A stretch of DNA of 64,000 nucleotides from Promethearchaeota archaeon (GTDB taxonomy: Archaea > Asgardarchaeota > Lokiarchaeia > Sigyniarchaeales > SOKP01). Positions 42,927-53,235 of this stretch are shown here, piece by piece; positions within the stretch are counted from its first letter, which is position 1; each line of letters opens with the position of its first letter. The stretch is taken from contig RDOE01000004.1 in the NCBI GenBank assembly GCA_011364975.1, positions 1 to 64,000 of the forward strand, read 5' to 3'. The notes under the pieces were generated by a model. It did not search any database and had not been told where the DNA came from. It saw nothing but the letters and a program-made list of their open reading frames with translations. A program made the translations under genes and the position numbers.

Positions 42927-44321
42927 TTGAATGACACTCAAAAGGCTATACGAAGCAAAACTAAGGTTAAGAGCAATCTTTTACCTGTAGAAGAGCGTAT
43001 AAATAACTTTCAAGAAGTTAATTTAGGTTACCTCAATCTTGATGAAGTAATAGAAGAATGTAAACGTTGTTATCAATGTTTTAGTAAAAGTGATCCGAAT
43101 GAAAGACCTCCACCATGCATGAAATATTGTCCTACTCATTGTAATTCTCGCGATATTATAAAGAATGTTTTAGAAGGTAAAATTAATGAGGCTCTTAACA
43201 TCATTTATAAGCATTACCCGTTTCCTAGATGTGTAGAAAGGGTGTGCCCTGGTTATTGCCAACTCCATTGTACTGCCGGAAAGAAAGGTGATCCTATTCA
43301 AATACCCATTATAAAACGATATTTAGTTGATCATTATGGTCCAAATGATGAATTTTTTAAAAGTGAACCATTGAAACTTAAAAAAGTGGCAGTAATAGGT
43401 TCTGGACCACTAGGTTTAACAACAGCTTATTTTTTAAAAAAAGCAGGGATTGAAGTTACAATTTTTGAAAAAATGGCTATTGTAGGTGGCATGCTTTACC
43501 TTGAAATTCCAGAATTTAGATTACCTCGCACAGTATTAAATGAAGAAATAGAAAATTTAAAGAAATTAGGTATTGAAATAATTACTAATAAAGGAATAGA
43601 CGAAAAACATTCTCTCGAAGAACTATTTCTATCAGGTTATAATATGGTGGTGATTGGAATTGGGACACATAAACCAAATTGGATGCAACTTCCAGGTGAA
43701 GATTCACAAATTATTCTCCAAGCAATTGAATTTCTAAAAGATTTTCATTTAACCAAAAACTTTCCCGATTTTGATGATAAGAAAGTGCTTGTGGTTGGAG
43801 GAGGAAGTACTGCTACCGATGCTGCAAGAGTTGCAAAAAGGTTAGGTGCGGATGTTTCCATTTTATACCGCAGAGAAAAAGAACAGATGCCTGCAGGAAA
43901 AACTGAAATTGCTGATTCGGAAGATGAGGGAATTATTATAAAATATTTAACTACTCCAATCGAGTTTGTTTGTATTGAAGAAGAATTTCAAGGTGCTGTT
44001 TGTAAGAGAATGGAGTTAGGAGAACCTGATTCCAGCGGTAAACCCATAGTAATACCACTTGAAGATTCCGAATTTAGAGAAGAAGCAGATTTTATTATTG
44101 AAGCTATTGGTCAACGACCTGACTTGACCGGATTTGATACGAACAAGATTAAAGTTAGTGATAAAAGTACTATTATTGTTAATGAAGAATTTTATACTTC
44201 GGTTCCTAATGTCCTCGCGGGAGGAGATTGTGTTTCTGGTTCTAAAAGTGTAGTGGAAGCTGTAGCTCACGGAAAAATTATTGCAGATCAGATTATAAGC
44301 TACTTCTCGGATCATAAATAA
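42927..44321 (+). CDS. GltD/NfnB/SudA-like NAD(P)H-dependent Fe-S flavoprotein
   Basis: CKRCYQC, ERVCP, VIGSGPLG, IPEFRLP, VGGGSTATD, YRR, AGGDC. Confidence 0.88.
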   Translation: MNDTQKAIRSKTKVKSNLLPVEERINNFQEVNLGYLNLDEVIEECKRCYQCFSKSDPNERPPPCMKYCPTHCNSRDIIKNVLEGKINEALNIIYKHYPFPRCVERVCPGYCQLHCTAGKKGDPIQIPIIKRYLVDHYGPNDEFFKSEPLKLKKVAVIGSGPLGLTTAYFLKKAGIEVTIFEKMAIVGGMLYLEIPEFRLPRTVLNEEIENLKKLGIEIITNKGIDEKHSLEELFLSGYNMVVIGIGTHKPNWMQLPGEDSQIILQAIEFLKDFHLTKNFPDFDDKKVLVVGGGSTATDAARVAKRLGADVSILYRREKEQMPAGKTEIADSEDEGIIIKYLTTPIEFVCIEEEFQGAVCKRMELGEPDSSGKPIVIPLEDSEFREEADFIIEAIGQRPDLTGFDTNKIKVSDKSTIIVNEEFYTSVPNVLAGGDCVSGSKSVVEAVAHGKIIADQIISYFSDHK

Positions 44322-44435
44322 TTACAGATTCATAAATCCCAAAAATATTTTTAAAGAATTATATAGGTTTTTAAAATATTTCTTATTAATTTAACAGAGA
44401 GGAATTAGAAAATTTTTTGTAAATTTTGAAAAATA

Positions 44436-45017
44436 ATGGCATCAATTACTGCATTCAAAAAAGATTTGTCACCAAAACAACGTGAAGAACTACTTAGAGC
44501 ATTGAAAGCCCGTTTTGAGAAAAATATGAACCGCCATAAAGGTCTTGAATGGGTTAAAGTACAAACAAAGCTGGAAGGTAATACTGAAAAACTGTGGTCA
44601 CTCAATGAAATGGAAAGAACTGGTGGTGAACCAGATGTTGTTGGTCAAGATAAAAAGACGGGTGAATATATTTTTTATGATTGTTCAGCGGAAAGTCCTA
44701 AAGGGCGCAGAAATGTTTGTTACGACCGTGAAGGGCAGGAGGCGAGGGAAAAGAAAGGGGTCCATCCAGAAGGTAACGCTATTGATATGGCAGCTGCCAT
44801 GGGCATTGAGCTTTTAACAGAAGAACAATATCGAGAGTTGCAGAAACTTGGAAATTTCGATATGAAGACATCGAGCTGGGTGAAAACACCTTCTGATATT
44901 AGAAAACTCGGCGGCGCCATCTTTGCTGATCGACGCTACGATCATGTCTTCGTGTATCATAATAGTGCGCCCTCTTTCTATAGCGTTAGGGGATTCCGTG
45001 GCTCGCTAAGAGTCTAA
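44436..45017 (+). CDS. DUF4256-family protein, GC-rich relative to the window
   Basis: LKARFEKNMNRH, MERTGGEPDV, DCSAESPKGRR.VCYD, TSSW..TP..IR.LGGA, RGFRG. Confidence 0.8.
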   Translation: MASITAFKKDLSPKQREELLRALKARFEKNMNRHKGLEWVKVQTKLEGNTEKLWSLNEMERTGGEPDVVGQDKKTGEYIFYDCSAESPKGRRNVCYDREGQEAREKKGVHPEGNAIDMAAAMGIELLTEEQYRELQKLGNFDMKTSSWVKTPSDIRKLGGAIFADRRYDHVFVYHNSAPSFYSVRGFRGSLRV

Positions 45018-45552
45018 ATTTGGACTTTGAAATTTAGTATTTCTTTGATTTTTGCTTCTTTTTTTCTAAAAAAGATGATGGGCACTTTTTTCTTTTTCAC
45101 AAAGTTTTTTAAAGTTTCTATTTGTAATGATAATATGGTAAACTGTCCAGTTTGCAAAAATCCCTAGCCATTTTTAGATGGGCAACGAGTTTAAGACAAT
45201 TTGTGCGGGGCGATTGGACTTCTGGTTATTGTAAAAGTGAAATTGATAGAAAAGGAAAATTAATGAAGAAAAATGAAAAAGGTTTGATCATAAGGTTTCA
45301 AATCGAGATTTTAATTTTCCTCAATTTTTAATTTAACTCCGTTATTGAATTGGATATAGAGAGTAAAGAATTTAAAGAAAAGAAAACATCAAATTCAAAT
45401 TCTTAAAAAATTATTCATATAACAACCAGATAAAAAGTAAAATTGGAAATGAGTCTATTACCAAAAATTTCTAAAATTTGGATCATTCATTGCCAACAAT
45501 TACTAAATTTATTGCCAATATTAATTAAAAAACACATTTTTTGTTCTAAATT

Positions 45553-46473
45553 ATGAATTTTATTGAAGACTTAATACGATCAATACAACAGAAAAAATGT
45601 GTAGTTTGTATGGGGCTTGATCCGCGAATGGACAGCGATGCGGAAATACCCAAATATCTAGTCAAAGATTTTGAAGAACCAAATAACATAATACTAGAAT
45701 TTAATAAAACATTAATTGATGCAACTTATGATCTAATCCCTGTAATTAAACCCCAAATCGCTTTTTATGAAAAATATGAGGCTTTACCTGCTTTAAAAGA
45801 AACAATTAAATATGCTCATAAAAAGAATCTTTTGGTAATCCTAGATTCTAAACGAAACGATATTGGCTCAACTTCTGAAGCTTATGCATTTTCAATGTTT
45901 AAAGGCTACGGAGCAGATGCTTCTACTCTTAATGCCTACCTTGGAATCGATGGGATCAAACCATTTTTAAAATACAAAGAAAAAGGTGTCTTTATTCTTG
46001 TAAAAACCTCCAATCCGAGTAGTAAAGAATTTCAAAACTTATTTAGTGTAAAGATTGAAAATATACCCGATAATACGACCGAAATAAAGGTTGATTCGAT
46101 TACTTTAGATCGAAATTATATTCATATGGCAAAATTAGTCCAAGAATGGGGCACTTCTTTGAAAAAGTTTATGAATTTTCATAATTTAGGGGTCGTTGTT
46201 GGAGCTACCTTCCCTGAAGAATTAAAAGCAATAAGAAAAATAATACATAACTCCATTATTCTAATGCCAGGTTTTGGAATGCAGGGGGCTAAATCAGAAG
46301 ATGTGAAATATGGTTTTTATAGTGATGGATTGGGTGGAATTGTCAATTCATCTCGTGGAATAATTTATGCTTATAGTAAAAATAAAAATTATCCTCCTGA
46401 AAAGTTTGGTGAAGCTGCAAGAGAAGAAGTTATCCAGATGAAAGAAAATATTAATAAAGCTATTGGTTTCTGA
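45553..46473 (+). CDS. pyrF: Orotidine-5'-phosphate decarboxylase
   Basis: MGLDP, KPQIAFYE, LDSKRNDIGST, KTSNP, VVGAT, PGFGMQG, NSSRGI. Confidence 0.95.
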   Translation: MNFIEDLIRSIQQKKCVVCMGLDPRMDSDAEIPKYLVKDFEEPNNIILEFNKTLIDATYDLIPVIKPQIAFYEKYEALPALKETIKYAHKKNLLVILDSKRNDIGSTSEAYAFSMFKGYGADASTLNAYLGIDGIKPFLKYKEKGVFILVKTSNPSSKEFQNLFSVKIENIPDNTTEIKVDSITLDRNYIHMAKLVQEWGTSLKKFMNFHNLGVVVGATFPEELKAIRKIIHNSIILMPGFGMQGAKSEDVKYGFYSDGLGGIVNSSRGIIYAYSKNKNYPPEKFGEAAREEVIQMKENINKAIGF

Positions 46474-46483
46474 TTGAATAATG

Positions 46484-46900
46484 CTAAAGTCTTGTTAATT
46501 GAGAAATTAAAGGGCCTAATCCAGACATTACAAAAACCATTGGAATAATAATGATAATCACGACTACAAGAGACCGCTTAAGACCGATCCTGTGAATTAT
46601 ATTCACTACATTTATATCAACTAAAGCACAAATAATTACAACTGGAATAATTGCTCCAGGATTTCCATTAAATGCTCCAATCATCCCTAATAAAAAAAGT
46701 GGTGAGCCAATCGCAAAAATGACTCCGAATTGAATAAAAAAACTAGCAGCAACCCATTTCATCTTTTTCCAGCGTTCAGCTTTAGTAATAACAAGACCAA
46801 GTTTCAACAATATTAAATCAGCAACCGTTAAGCCAAGTATTAAAAATATTGAACTCATGTCACCAGACATTGGACCAAATTGCAGCAGTTGAAAAAACAT
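46484..46900 (-). CDS. Small multi-pass membrane protein
   Basis: Four hydrophobic segments, no recognised motif. Confidence 0.65.
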   Translation of the reverse strand: MFFQLLQFGPMSGDMSSIFLILGLTVADLILLKLGLVITKAERWKKMKWVAASFFIQFGVIFAIGSPLFLLGMIGAFNGNPGAIIPVVIICALVDINVVNIIHRIGLKRSLVVVIIIIIPMVFVMSGLGPLISQLTRL

Positions 46901-47116
46901 AATCTAAAGTAATAACCGTGGAATTTTTATATAAATTTTGGGAGTTTTGCCTTTTTTAATAAAGATGCTTATTAAACTATCATGAAACTTTTTTGATAAA
47001 AAATTAATTATCTTAATCAGAGATTTTAAATTAAAATAAAATATTAAAATTCATAACATAAATCATTAAAATTTCTTGGAGGAATTAACAAAAAAGAACA
47101 AAAGGAATGATATGCA

Positions 47117-49081
47117 ATGGTAGAAACTGAAAATACAGATGAGGAACCAAGAATCTTCGTGGCTATATGCCAATGAGGAATTAATGTTGCTGAAATAATT
47201 GAAACTCATTCACTGGCTGAATTTACCAAAACGTTACCAAATGTCGTAGATGCTCTTGATTATATAAGCCTTTGTACAGAACCTGGTGCTGAATTTATCA
47301 AAGAAAAAATGATTGAAAGCAACGCAAATAGGTTAGTAGTTGCCTCATGTACTCCAAAAACTCATGAACCTGTTTTTAAAAGCGTTCTTGAATCTATGGG
47401 ATTAGATTCATCCTATCTTGAATTTGTAAACATTCGTGAGCATGCAAGTTTTGTCCATCGCCAAGATAAACCAGGAGCTCAAATGACAGCAGAGGATGCT
47501 ATTCGTTCTGGCGTGGCAAGAGCTGCAGTTTTAGAAAAGATTTTAGTAAAAGAAGTCGATATCACAAAAAAGGCGTTAATAATCGGTGGAGGTGTAGCAG
47601 GCTTAGTTGCGGGAATTGATTTAGCTGAGGAAGGATTTGAAGTACATTTAGTTGAAAAATCTCCAACTATTGGTGGTAAAATGGCTATGCTAGATAGAAC
47701 TTTTCCTACTGATGATTGTAGTATATGAATATTGGGACCCGTGATGTTACAAGCAGCAAGAACTCCCGGATTCAATATTTATACTTATAGCGAACTAGAG
47801 GATGTAAGTGGTTTTGTAGGTAATTTTAAAGCAAAGATCCGTAAAAGGGCGAGATATGTAACTAATGATTGTAATGGTTGTGGTTCATGCTTTGAAGTAT
47901 GTCCTGCCTATGGATATGATGAATTTAATGAAGGAATGAACCCACGAAAAGCGATTTATGTATCATTTGCTCAAGCAGTTCCGTCAATGGCACAAATCGA
48001 TATGAATAGATGTATTAAATGTGGTATGTGCAAAGAAGTATGTGAAGTTAAGGCTGTTGATTTTGATCAAAAGGATGAAATCATAGAACTTGAAGTTGGA
48101 TCTATTATTGTTGCTACTGGTTGGGATGAATATGAACCTGATAAAGGCTATTTAGGGTATAAGGTATACCCAAATGTTATAACTCAAATGAAGCTTGAAC
48201 GAATGCTTGCTCCTAATGGTCCTACTGTTGGGCATTTAGTCCGTCCTTCAGATGGAAAAAAGCCAGAAAGAATTTTATTCATCCAATGTGTAGGTTCAAG
48301 GGACTTAAACAAACAAACGTATTGCAGTGCGGGAGTATGTTGCATGATTTCAATAAAAAATACAAAACTCATTAAACAGCATTATCCCGATATTGATATC
48401 ACTGTTGCTTATATGGATATAAGAGCTGCTGGAAAAGATTATGAAGAGTATTTTACTGCATCACGAGCGGAAGGAATTAGATATGTAAGAACCAATGTTT
48501 CAAAAATCTATCAGGATCCTGAAACAAAAAACCTTAAAGTAATTCTTCAAAATACTTTAAGTAATACAGGACTAATAGAATTTGAATACGATCTAGTAGT
48601 TTTATCGTGTGCTATGGTACCTGCTATTGGTGTTGATAAAATTGGTAAAATACTAAAACTTGAGACTTCTCAGGATGGCTTCTTTAAAGAATTTCATTCG
48701 CGGTTAAACCCAATTGACACAAAAATCCCTGGAATTGTTTTAGCTGGTGTCGCTCAAGGTCCAAAATCAATAGCAGAGTCAATTTCACAAGGAAGAGCTG
48801 CTGCATCTTCTTTAGCTCGATTAATGAGTAAAGAAAAATACAGAATTTTATTAATCAGAGCTACTGTAGATAAGGATAAATGCGCTAAATGTGGACTTTG
48901 TGAACTAAATTGTCCATATAATGCGATAAAATTAGAACCGGATGGAGCCGAGGTCAATGAAATTTTATGTAGAGGATGTGGTACGTGTCTAGCTAATTGT
49001 CCTTCTGAAGCAATCACTCTCAGGTATTATCGTGAACCTCAATATGAAAAACAAATCGATGCTATACTAGAGGAAATATAG
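47117..49081 (+). CDS. hdrA: Heterodisulfide reductase subunit A-like selenoprotein (654 aa; Sec at codons 20 and 204)
   Basis: One frame from ATG 47117, with TGA at 47174-76 (ICQ-U-GIN, normally CxCG.N) and TGA at 47726-28 (DDCSI-U-IL, normally DCxxCI). Also GGGVAG, QCVGSR, CSAGVCC and ferredoxin motifs. Confidence 0.92.
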
Positions 49082-49094
49082 GGAGGTGGATTAA

Positions 49095-49562
49095 ATGGCA
49101 ACTCAGGATAGAATCAAGATTTTAGCGTTCATGTGTTGGAAATGAGGATATGGAGCAGGAGATATGGCTGGAACAATACGCGCTCAATATCCTGCTACTA
49201 TTCGCCCTATTAGAATAAATTGTACCGGAAGAGTAACTCCTAGTCTTATGATGCGAGCAATTGGTAAAGGCGCAGATGGAATCATAGTTGCGGGATGATA
49301 TGAAGGAGAATGCGATTATGAAACAGGAAATTTAGTTGCGGCCAAAAATGTTAAATATACAAAAGAGATATTAAAAATTGCCGGTGTTTCACCAGAAAGA
49401 GTACAAATGTTCCATTGTAGTGCCGCAGAAGGCCAGAAATTTCAAGAAGAGATGACTAGAGTTTCAAAAATTATTGAGGAATTAGGCAATAACCCTATTA
49501 AAGAATCGATCAAACTTGAAAAAGAAAAGGAAACTAATACCGTAGAAAAATCAACAAATTAA
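49095..49562 (+). CDS. mvhD: MvhD/VhuD-type [2Fe-2S] subunit, selenoprotein (155 aa; Sec at codons 17 and 68); absent from ORF track
   Basis: GGAGGTG RBS. MATQDRIKILAFMCWK-U-GYGAGD...RINCTGRV...GADGIIVAG-U-YEGECDY..GN...ERVQMFHCSAAE. TGA at 49143-45 and 49296-98 sit at Cys positions. Confidence 0.92.
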
Positions 49563-49631
49563 ACCGAAAGAATGAATTTTACGAAAAAAAATTAGTCGTA
49601 AAATGACGAACCATTATGCCATGGTTTCGGT
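49563..49631 (+). promoter_or_regulatory. Eukaryote-like SECIS element in the 3' UTR of hdrA-mvhD
   Basis: ATGA(49572-75), stem ATTTTACGA(49576-84)/TCGTAAAAT(49596-604), A-rich loop, GA(49605-06). Outer pairing ACCGA(AA)/(TT)TCGGT. Confidence 0.85.
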
Positions 49632-49816
49632 ATTTTAGAATTTTTAAGAATTAGAAATATTACTACTTCTAATTTTGAAGTTTAACTCTATTAAACTTCT
49701 AATAATTTAAATTATAAATGTATAAATAATACGAAAGCTAGTTTTATCCTAATCCAAATTTAATTTAAAAATGGATTTAAGTCATTAATAATATAAATGA
49801 GTTTAGATGATGAAAA

Positions 49817-50512
49817 ATGGGAGAAACAACACCAAGTAAACTTAAGTTTTCTGTTACAGCCCCCTCTGGAGCAACAAAGGTAGTTGCACTTATGGCTGCT
49901 CTTGTATTAATTCGCGAAGGAATATGGCTTTTTTGGAATACTGCAGATATAAATATCTTTTTTGGAATTATGGAAATAATCCTAGCAGGAATTTTAATTA
50001 TTGTTCTAAATATAGTTGATTTTGGAGTGCCTTTCTTTAAGAAACTCTTTTTATGGTGGATAATACTAATTTTAGGAATTTTAGTATTGATGTTCGAAAT
50101 ATTCGCTTCTGGATACGACATTTTAACAGCAGCGTCTACAGGATTCTTACTAGGCGGTCTATTAGTAGTAATTGCAGCTATTCTTGAACTTGTTGCGAGT
50201 AAACAGAAAATGAAAGCTTCTCAGATTGTTGCTCTGTTTGGAGCGGCATATACGATCTTTGAGGTTATTTTATTGTTTTTAAATCCATCAACACAAACTA
50301 TCTATCATGGAATTCTCGGAATAATATTTGTTGCATTATTACTGATTTCAATGCAAAAAAAGATAGATTTAAAAATCAGATATGAGTGGTGGGTTGTTTT
50401 AATTATCGGTTTTGTACTTTATTCCTGGGTAACTTCAATACCATCAGTAACCTTCGGAACTGGTGGGACTATAGTATTGATCTCCTTTATATTGATGTTA
50501 TTAGCCCTTTAA
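49817..50512 (+). CDS. About 8-TM membrane protein with internal duplication
   Basis: Two similar halves (VVALMAA..E..GI..WWIILILG..GG and IVALFGA..E..GI..WWVVLIIG..GG). Confidence 0.75.
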   Translation: MGETTPSKLKFSVTAPSGATKVVALMAALVLIREGIWLFWNTADINIFFGIMEIILAGILIIVLNIVDFGVPFFKKLFLWWIILILGILVLMFEIFASGYDILTAASTGFLLGGLLVVIAAILELVASKQKMKASQIVALFGAAYTIFEVILLFLNPSTQTIYHGILGIIFVALLLISMQKKIDLKIRYEWWVVLIIGFVLYSWVTSIPSVTFGTGGTIVLISFILMLLAL

Positions 50513-50631
50513 AATTTTACTTTTTTTTCTTTTTCTTTTAGTTTAACATATTTTTTGTTTTAAAAAGAAAAATTATTAACTTACTTTTCAATTGTAAAAT
50601 TAAATAGTTATGATACGTACGGTGAATTTAA

Positions 50632-51939
50632 ATGGGAAAAGATCCTAAAACAACCGCTGAAAATCAATTAAAAAAAGCAGAGCAACTATATAAAGCACGG
50701 CAATTTAAAAAAGCGGGCAAGAATTTTCATTCAGCGGGTATTTCTTTTCTTAAACTAGAAGAATATGAAATAGCTAAAAATTGTTTTCTTGAGGCGATAA
50801 AACCATTTTTAGAATTAGACAAATACGATACGATTTTAGAACTAATACGAAAGGCAAGCGAAGCTTGTTTGCAAAATAATCAATATTCAGAAGCGTTCCG
50901 ACTTTATAAAGATACAATGAACCACATCCCTAAATTAAAGAGTGAAACAGATAAAAATGATAATTATGTTCTCTTTTCTGTTTTATCCTATCTATGTTTA
51001 CATGCCAATGGTGCTCCTGAGGAAGGATTAGATTATATTAAAAGAAATAGAAATAAGATAGACAATGACTTCTTCAAAGAAAATAATTTGATTCAATTAA
51101 TTTCAGAGTTAACACTTTCCATCAGAGATAAAACGGAGAAATATCTTGAAAACATTCAAAATAATCTTAATCAATTTAAATTAAGAGATCCGGAAGTAAA
51201 ATTGTTAAAAGACGTTATACTGTTGACGAAATTTCAGCTTTTAATTGAAAGTTCTTTAATCTTAGATAAGGACACTTATACTACCAATGACATTATTAAT
51301 TTAAATGTGGAGTTAGACACCAATCCTCTCATTCAAGTGCTTAATAACTCATTTTTTAAATTTAAAATCAATAGTTTTCAAATTATTAAACTAATTGTAA
51401 GTCTTTCGGATAATTTAACCACCAATAAAAAGCCAGACTTACCGTTTTCATTAGATATTGGTAGTAAAATTACTTTACCTTTTACATTAAAACCTCACTT
51501 TCAATTGGATAACCCAAAGATAGGCCCTATAAACTTAACGTTTGAATTGAATAATCTACTAATTTTTAATTATGATACCTCCGTTATAATCCCAAATTTA
51601 ATTTCACCCCCTGCCTCCTTAGAGGCTTCAATAAAGAATTTACGCCCACCACTTTTAGATCAATCATTTCCATTAGAAATTTTAATTGAAAATCGAAGCC
51701 AAGGAGAAGCGCTAGATGTAAATATTGATGTTGAATTTCCTGAAGAGCTTAAACTTATGAGAGGCACCACAAATAAGCAAATATATTCATTAAGAAGTAA
51801 TGAAAATTTAAAATGGGAGGTCAACCTAAAACCCCTTGATGTAGGAGATTTCATCATTAAAATAAGTATAAAATTTAAAGATCCTGATGATAATCAAATC
51901 AACGATGTAAAAGAATTCCCCTTTTCAATAAAAATGTAA
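50632..51939 (+). CDS. TPR/SNAP-like alpha-solenoid + C-terminal Ig-like beta-sandwich protein
   Basis: Helical repeats AGKNFHSAG..F..LEEYEIAKNCFLEA. C-terminal FPLEILIEN..GEALDV..EFP..LKP..VGDF. Confidence 0.7.
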   Translation: MGKDPKTTAENQLKKAEQLYKARQFKKAGKNFHSAGISFLKLEEYEIAKNCFLEAIKPFLELDKYDTILELIRKASEACLQNNQYSEAFRLYKDTMNHIPKLKSETDKNDNYVLFSVLSYLCLHANGAPEEGLDYIKRNRNKIDNDFFKENNLIQLISELTLSIRDKTEKYLENIQNNLNQFKLRDPEVKLLKDVILLTKFQLLIESSLILDKDTYTTNDIINLNVELDTNPLIQVLNNSFFKFKINSFQIIKLIVSLSDNLTTNKKPDLPFSLDIGSKITLPFTLKPHFQLDNPKIGPINLTFELNNLLIFNYDTSVIIPNLISPPASLEASIKNLRPPLLDQSFPLEILIENRSQGEALDVNIDVEFPEELKLMRGTTNKQIYSLRSNENLKWEVNLKPLDVGDFIIKISIKFKDPDDNQINDVKEFPFSIKM

Positions 51940-51949
51940 TCATACGTCA

Positions 51950-53095
51950 TTATAATATTAACAAAGGCTCTTTATGATTATAGGTTACGACCTCACACTT
52001 ATCTTTTCCAATGATTATGTCATCTTCTAATCGAATACCCCATTTATTTTGCCAATATAACCCTGGTTCATTAGTATATACCATATTTCTTTGAAGAAAA
52101 GTATTGTCTGGGGCATTAACAGCAACTCTTGGACCAATATCGTGAGCTTCAAAACCTAATGCATGGCCTAATCCATGATTGAAAAGTTTATCTTGATCCG
52201 GAAACCCATTATTTTGTAAATATTCACGGCATTTTATGGCTGGTAAATTACAGGGGGTACCTTCAACATAATATTTATTAGCAACTTCTTTAGCTTCATA
52301 AAGGGCATGATATGCTTTTAAAAAATCACTACTTGGTTTGTTTCCTACCCAATATGTCCATGTAATATCTGAGCACATTTCTTCTATTTGTAATCCTGTA
52401 TCTATTAATAAAACCCCATCATCAATCTTTCTAAGTGAGGTATTATGGTGAGGATCAGCAGAATTTGGACCTGAGCCTACTATCGCTTCAAATGCAGGTC
52501 TTCCTAACTTCATATACTCATATTCAATTTTCGCTTTCACAGTTTTTTCTGTCATTCCTTTTCTTACCCAATTAGGAACATCATCAAGAATTTCTAATGT
52601 GGTTTTGCACACATTTCTTAGATCTTCTAACTGACTAGAAGATTTTACACTTCTTAATTTATAAATAATAGGAGCAGCAGAGATAAATTCTGTGTTGGGT
52701 GATAAGGATCGTAAAGCATTATAATCTCCCACATATATATAGTCTGCGAATGCAGTTTCTTGAGCACTTAAATTATTCTCCCCAAAGTTTAGTGCGATTC
52801 TTGGCTTATTTAAAACATTAATTAATAAACTTCCTATTTCTTCAATGGATCTAAAGGCCTTAACCTCGGCATCCACGCCTGCTTTCTTTAATGACCGTTG
52901 AATCATAGGTGCTTCCATTGATACTGCTATAACTTTATGCTTTCCATCCTTAGCCACATATACAAAATGGCGAGCATGAGATTCAACACCTAACATGTAT
53001 TTAGAATTTATATCACTGTCTTCTTTACATGAAATCAACCAACCATCAGCATCTAGTTCTTGTAGTATTTCTTGAACTCTTTCAAATTTATTCAT
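51950..53095 (-). CDS. M24 Xaa-Pro aminopeptidase/prolidase
   Basis: PHH, LIDTG, CSDIT, HGLGHALGFEAHD, TNEPGLY, GIRLEDD. Confidence 0.9.
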   Translation of the reverse strand: MNKFERVQEILQELDADGWLISCKEDSDINSKYMLGVESHARHFVYVAKDGKHKVIAVSMEAPMIQRSLKKAGVDAEVKAFRSIEEIGSLLINVLNKPRIALNFGENNLSAQETAFADYIYVGDYNALRSLSPNTEFISAAPIIYKLRSVKSSSQLEDLRNVCKTTLEILDDVPNWVRKGMTEKTVKAKIEYEYMKLGRPAFEAIVGSGPNSADPHHNTSLRKIDDGVLLIDTGLQIEEMCSDITWTYWVGNKPSSDFLKAYHALYEAKEVANKYYVEGTPCNLPAIKCREYLQNNGFPDQDKLFNHGLGHALGFEAHDIGPRVAVNAPDNTFLQRNMVYTNEPGLYWQNKWGIRLEDDIIIGKDKCEVVTYNHKEPLLIL

Positions 53096-53235
53096 AATTC
53101 AAACCACACAATCTTATGTTATTATCTTTATTAATATAAATAAAAAAAGATAACTCAAAAATACATAACAAAAATTAAAATTTTAATATTTAAGTAAAGA
53201 TACATATATTAAAGACAAAAAAATAAAAAATTAAA

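Noticed and set aside
30264-44321. Canonical NfnAB pair formed by the PyrK-like domain and the GltD-like gene
   Set aside because: The genes are about 11 kb apart and the small-subunit cluster motif is PyrK-type (all Cys). Kept only as a weak possibility.
47309-49081. hdrA as two ORFs or a pseudogene (47309..47728 and 47732..49081)
   Set aside because: Both are in one frame, and the interrupting TGAs fall on conserved Cys positions with a SECIS downstream. Selenocysteine recoding explains it better.
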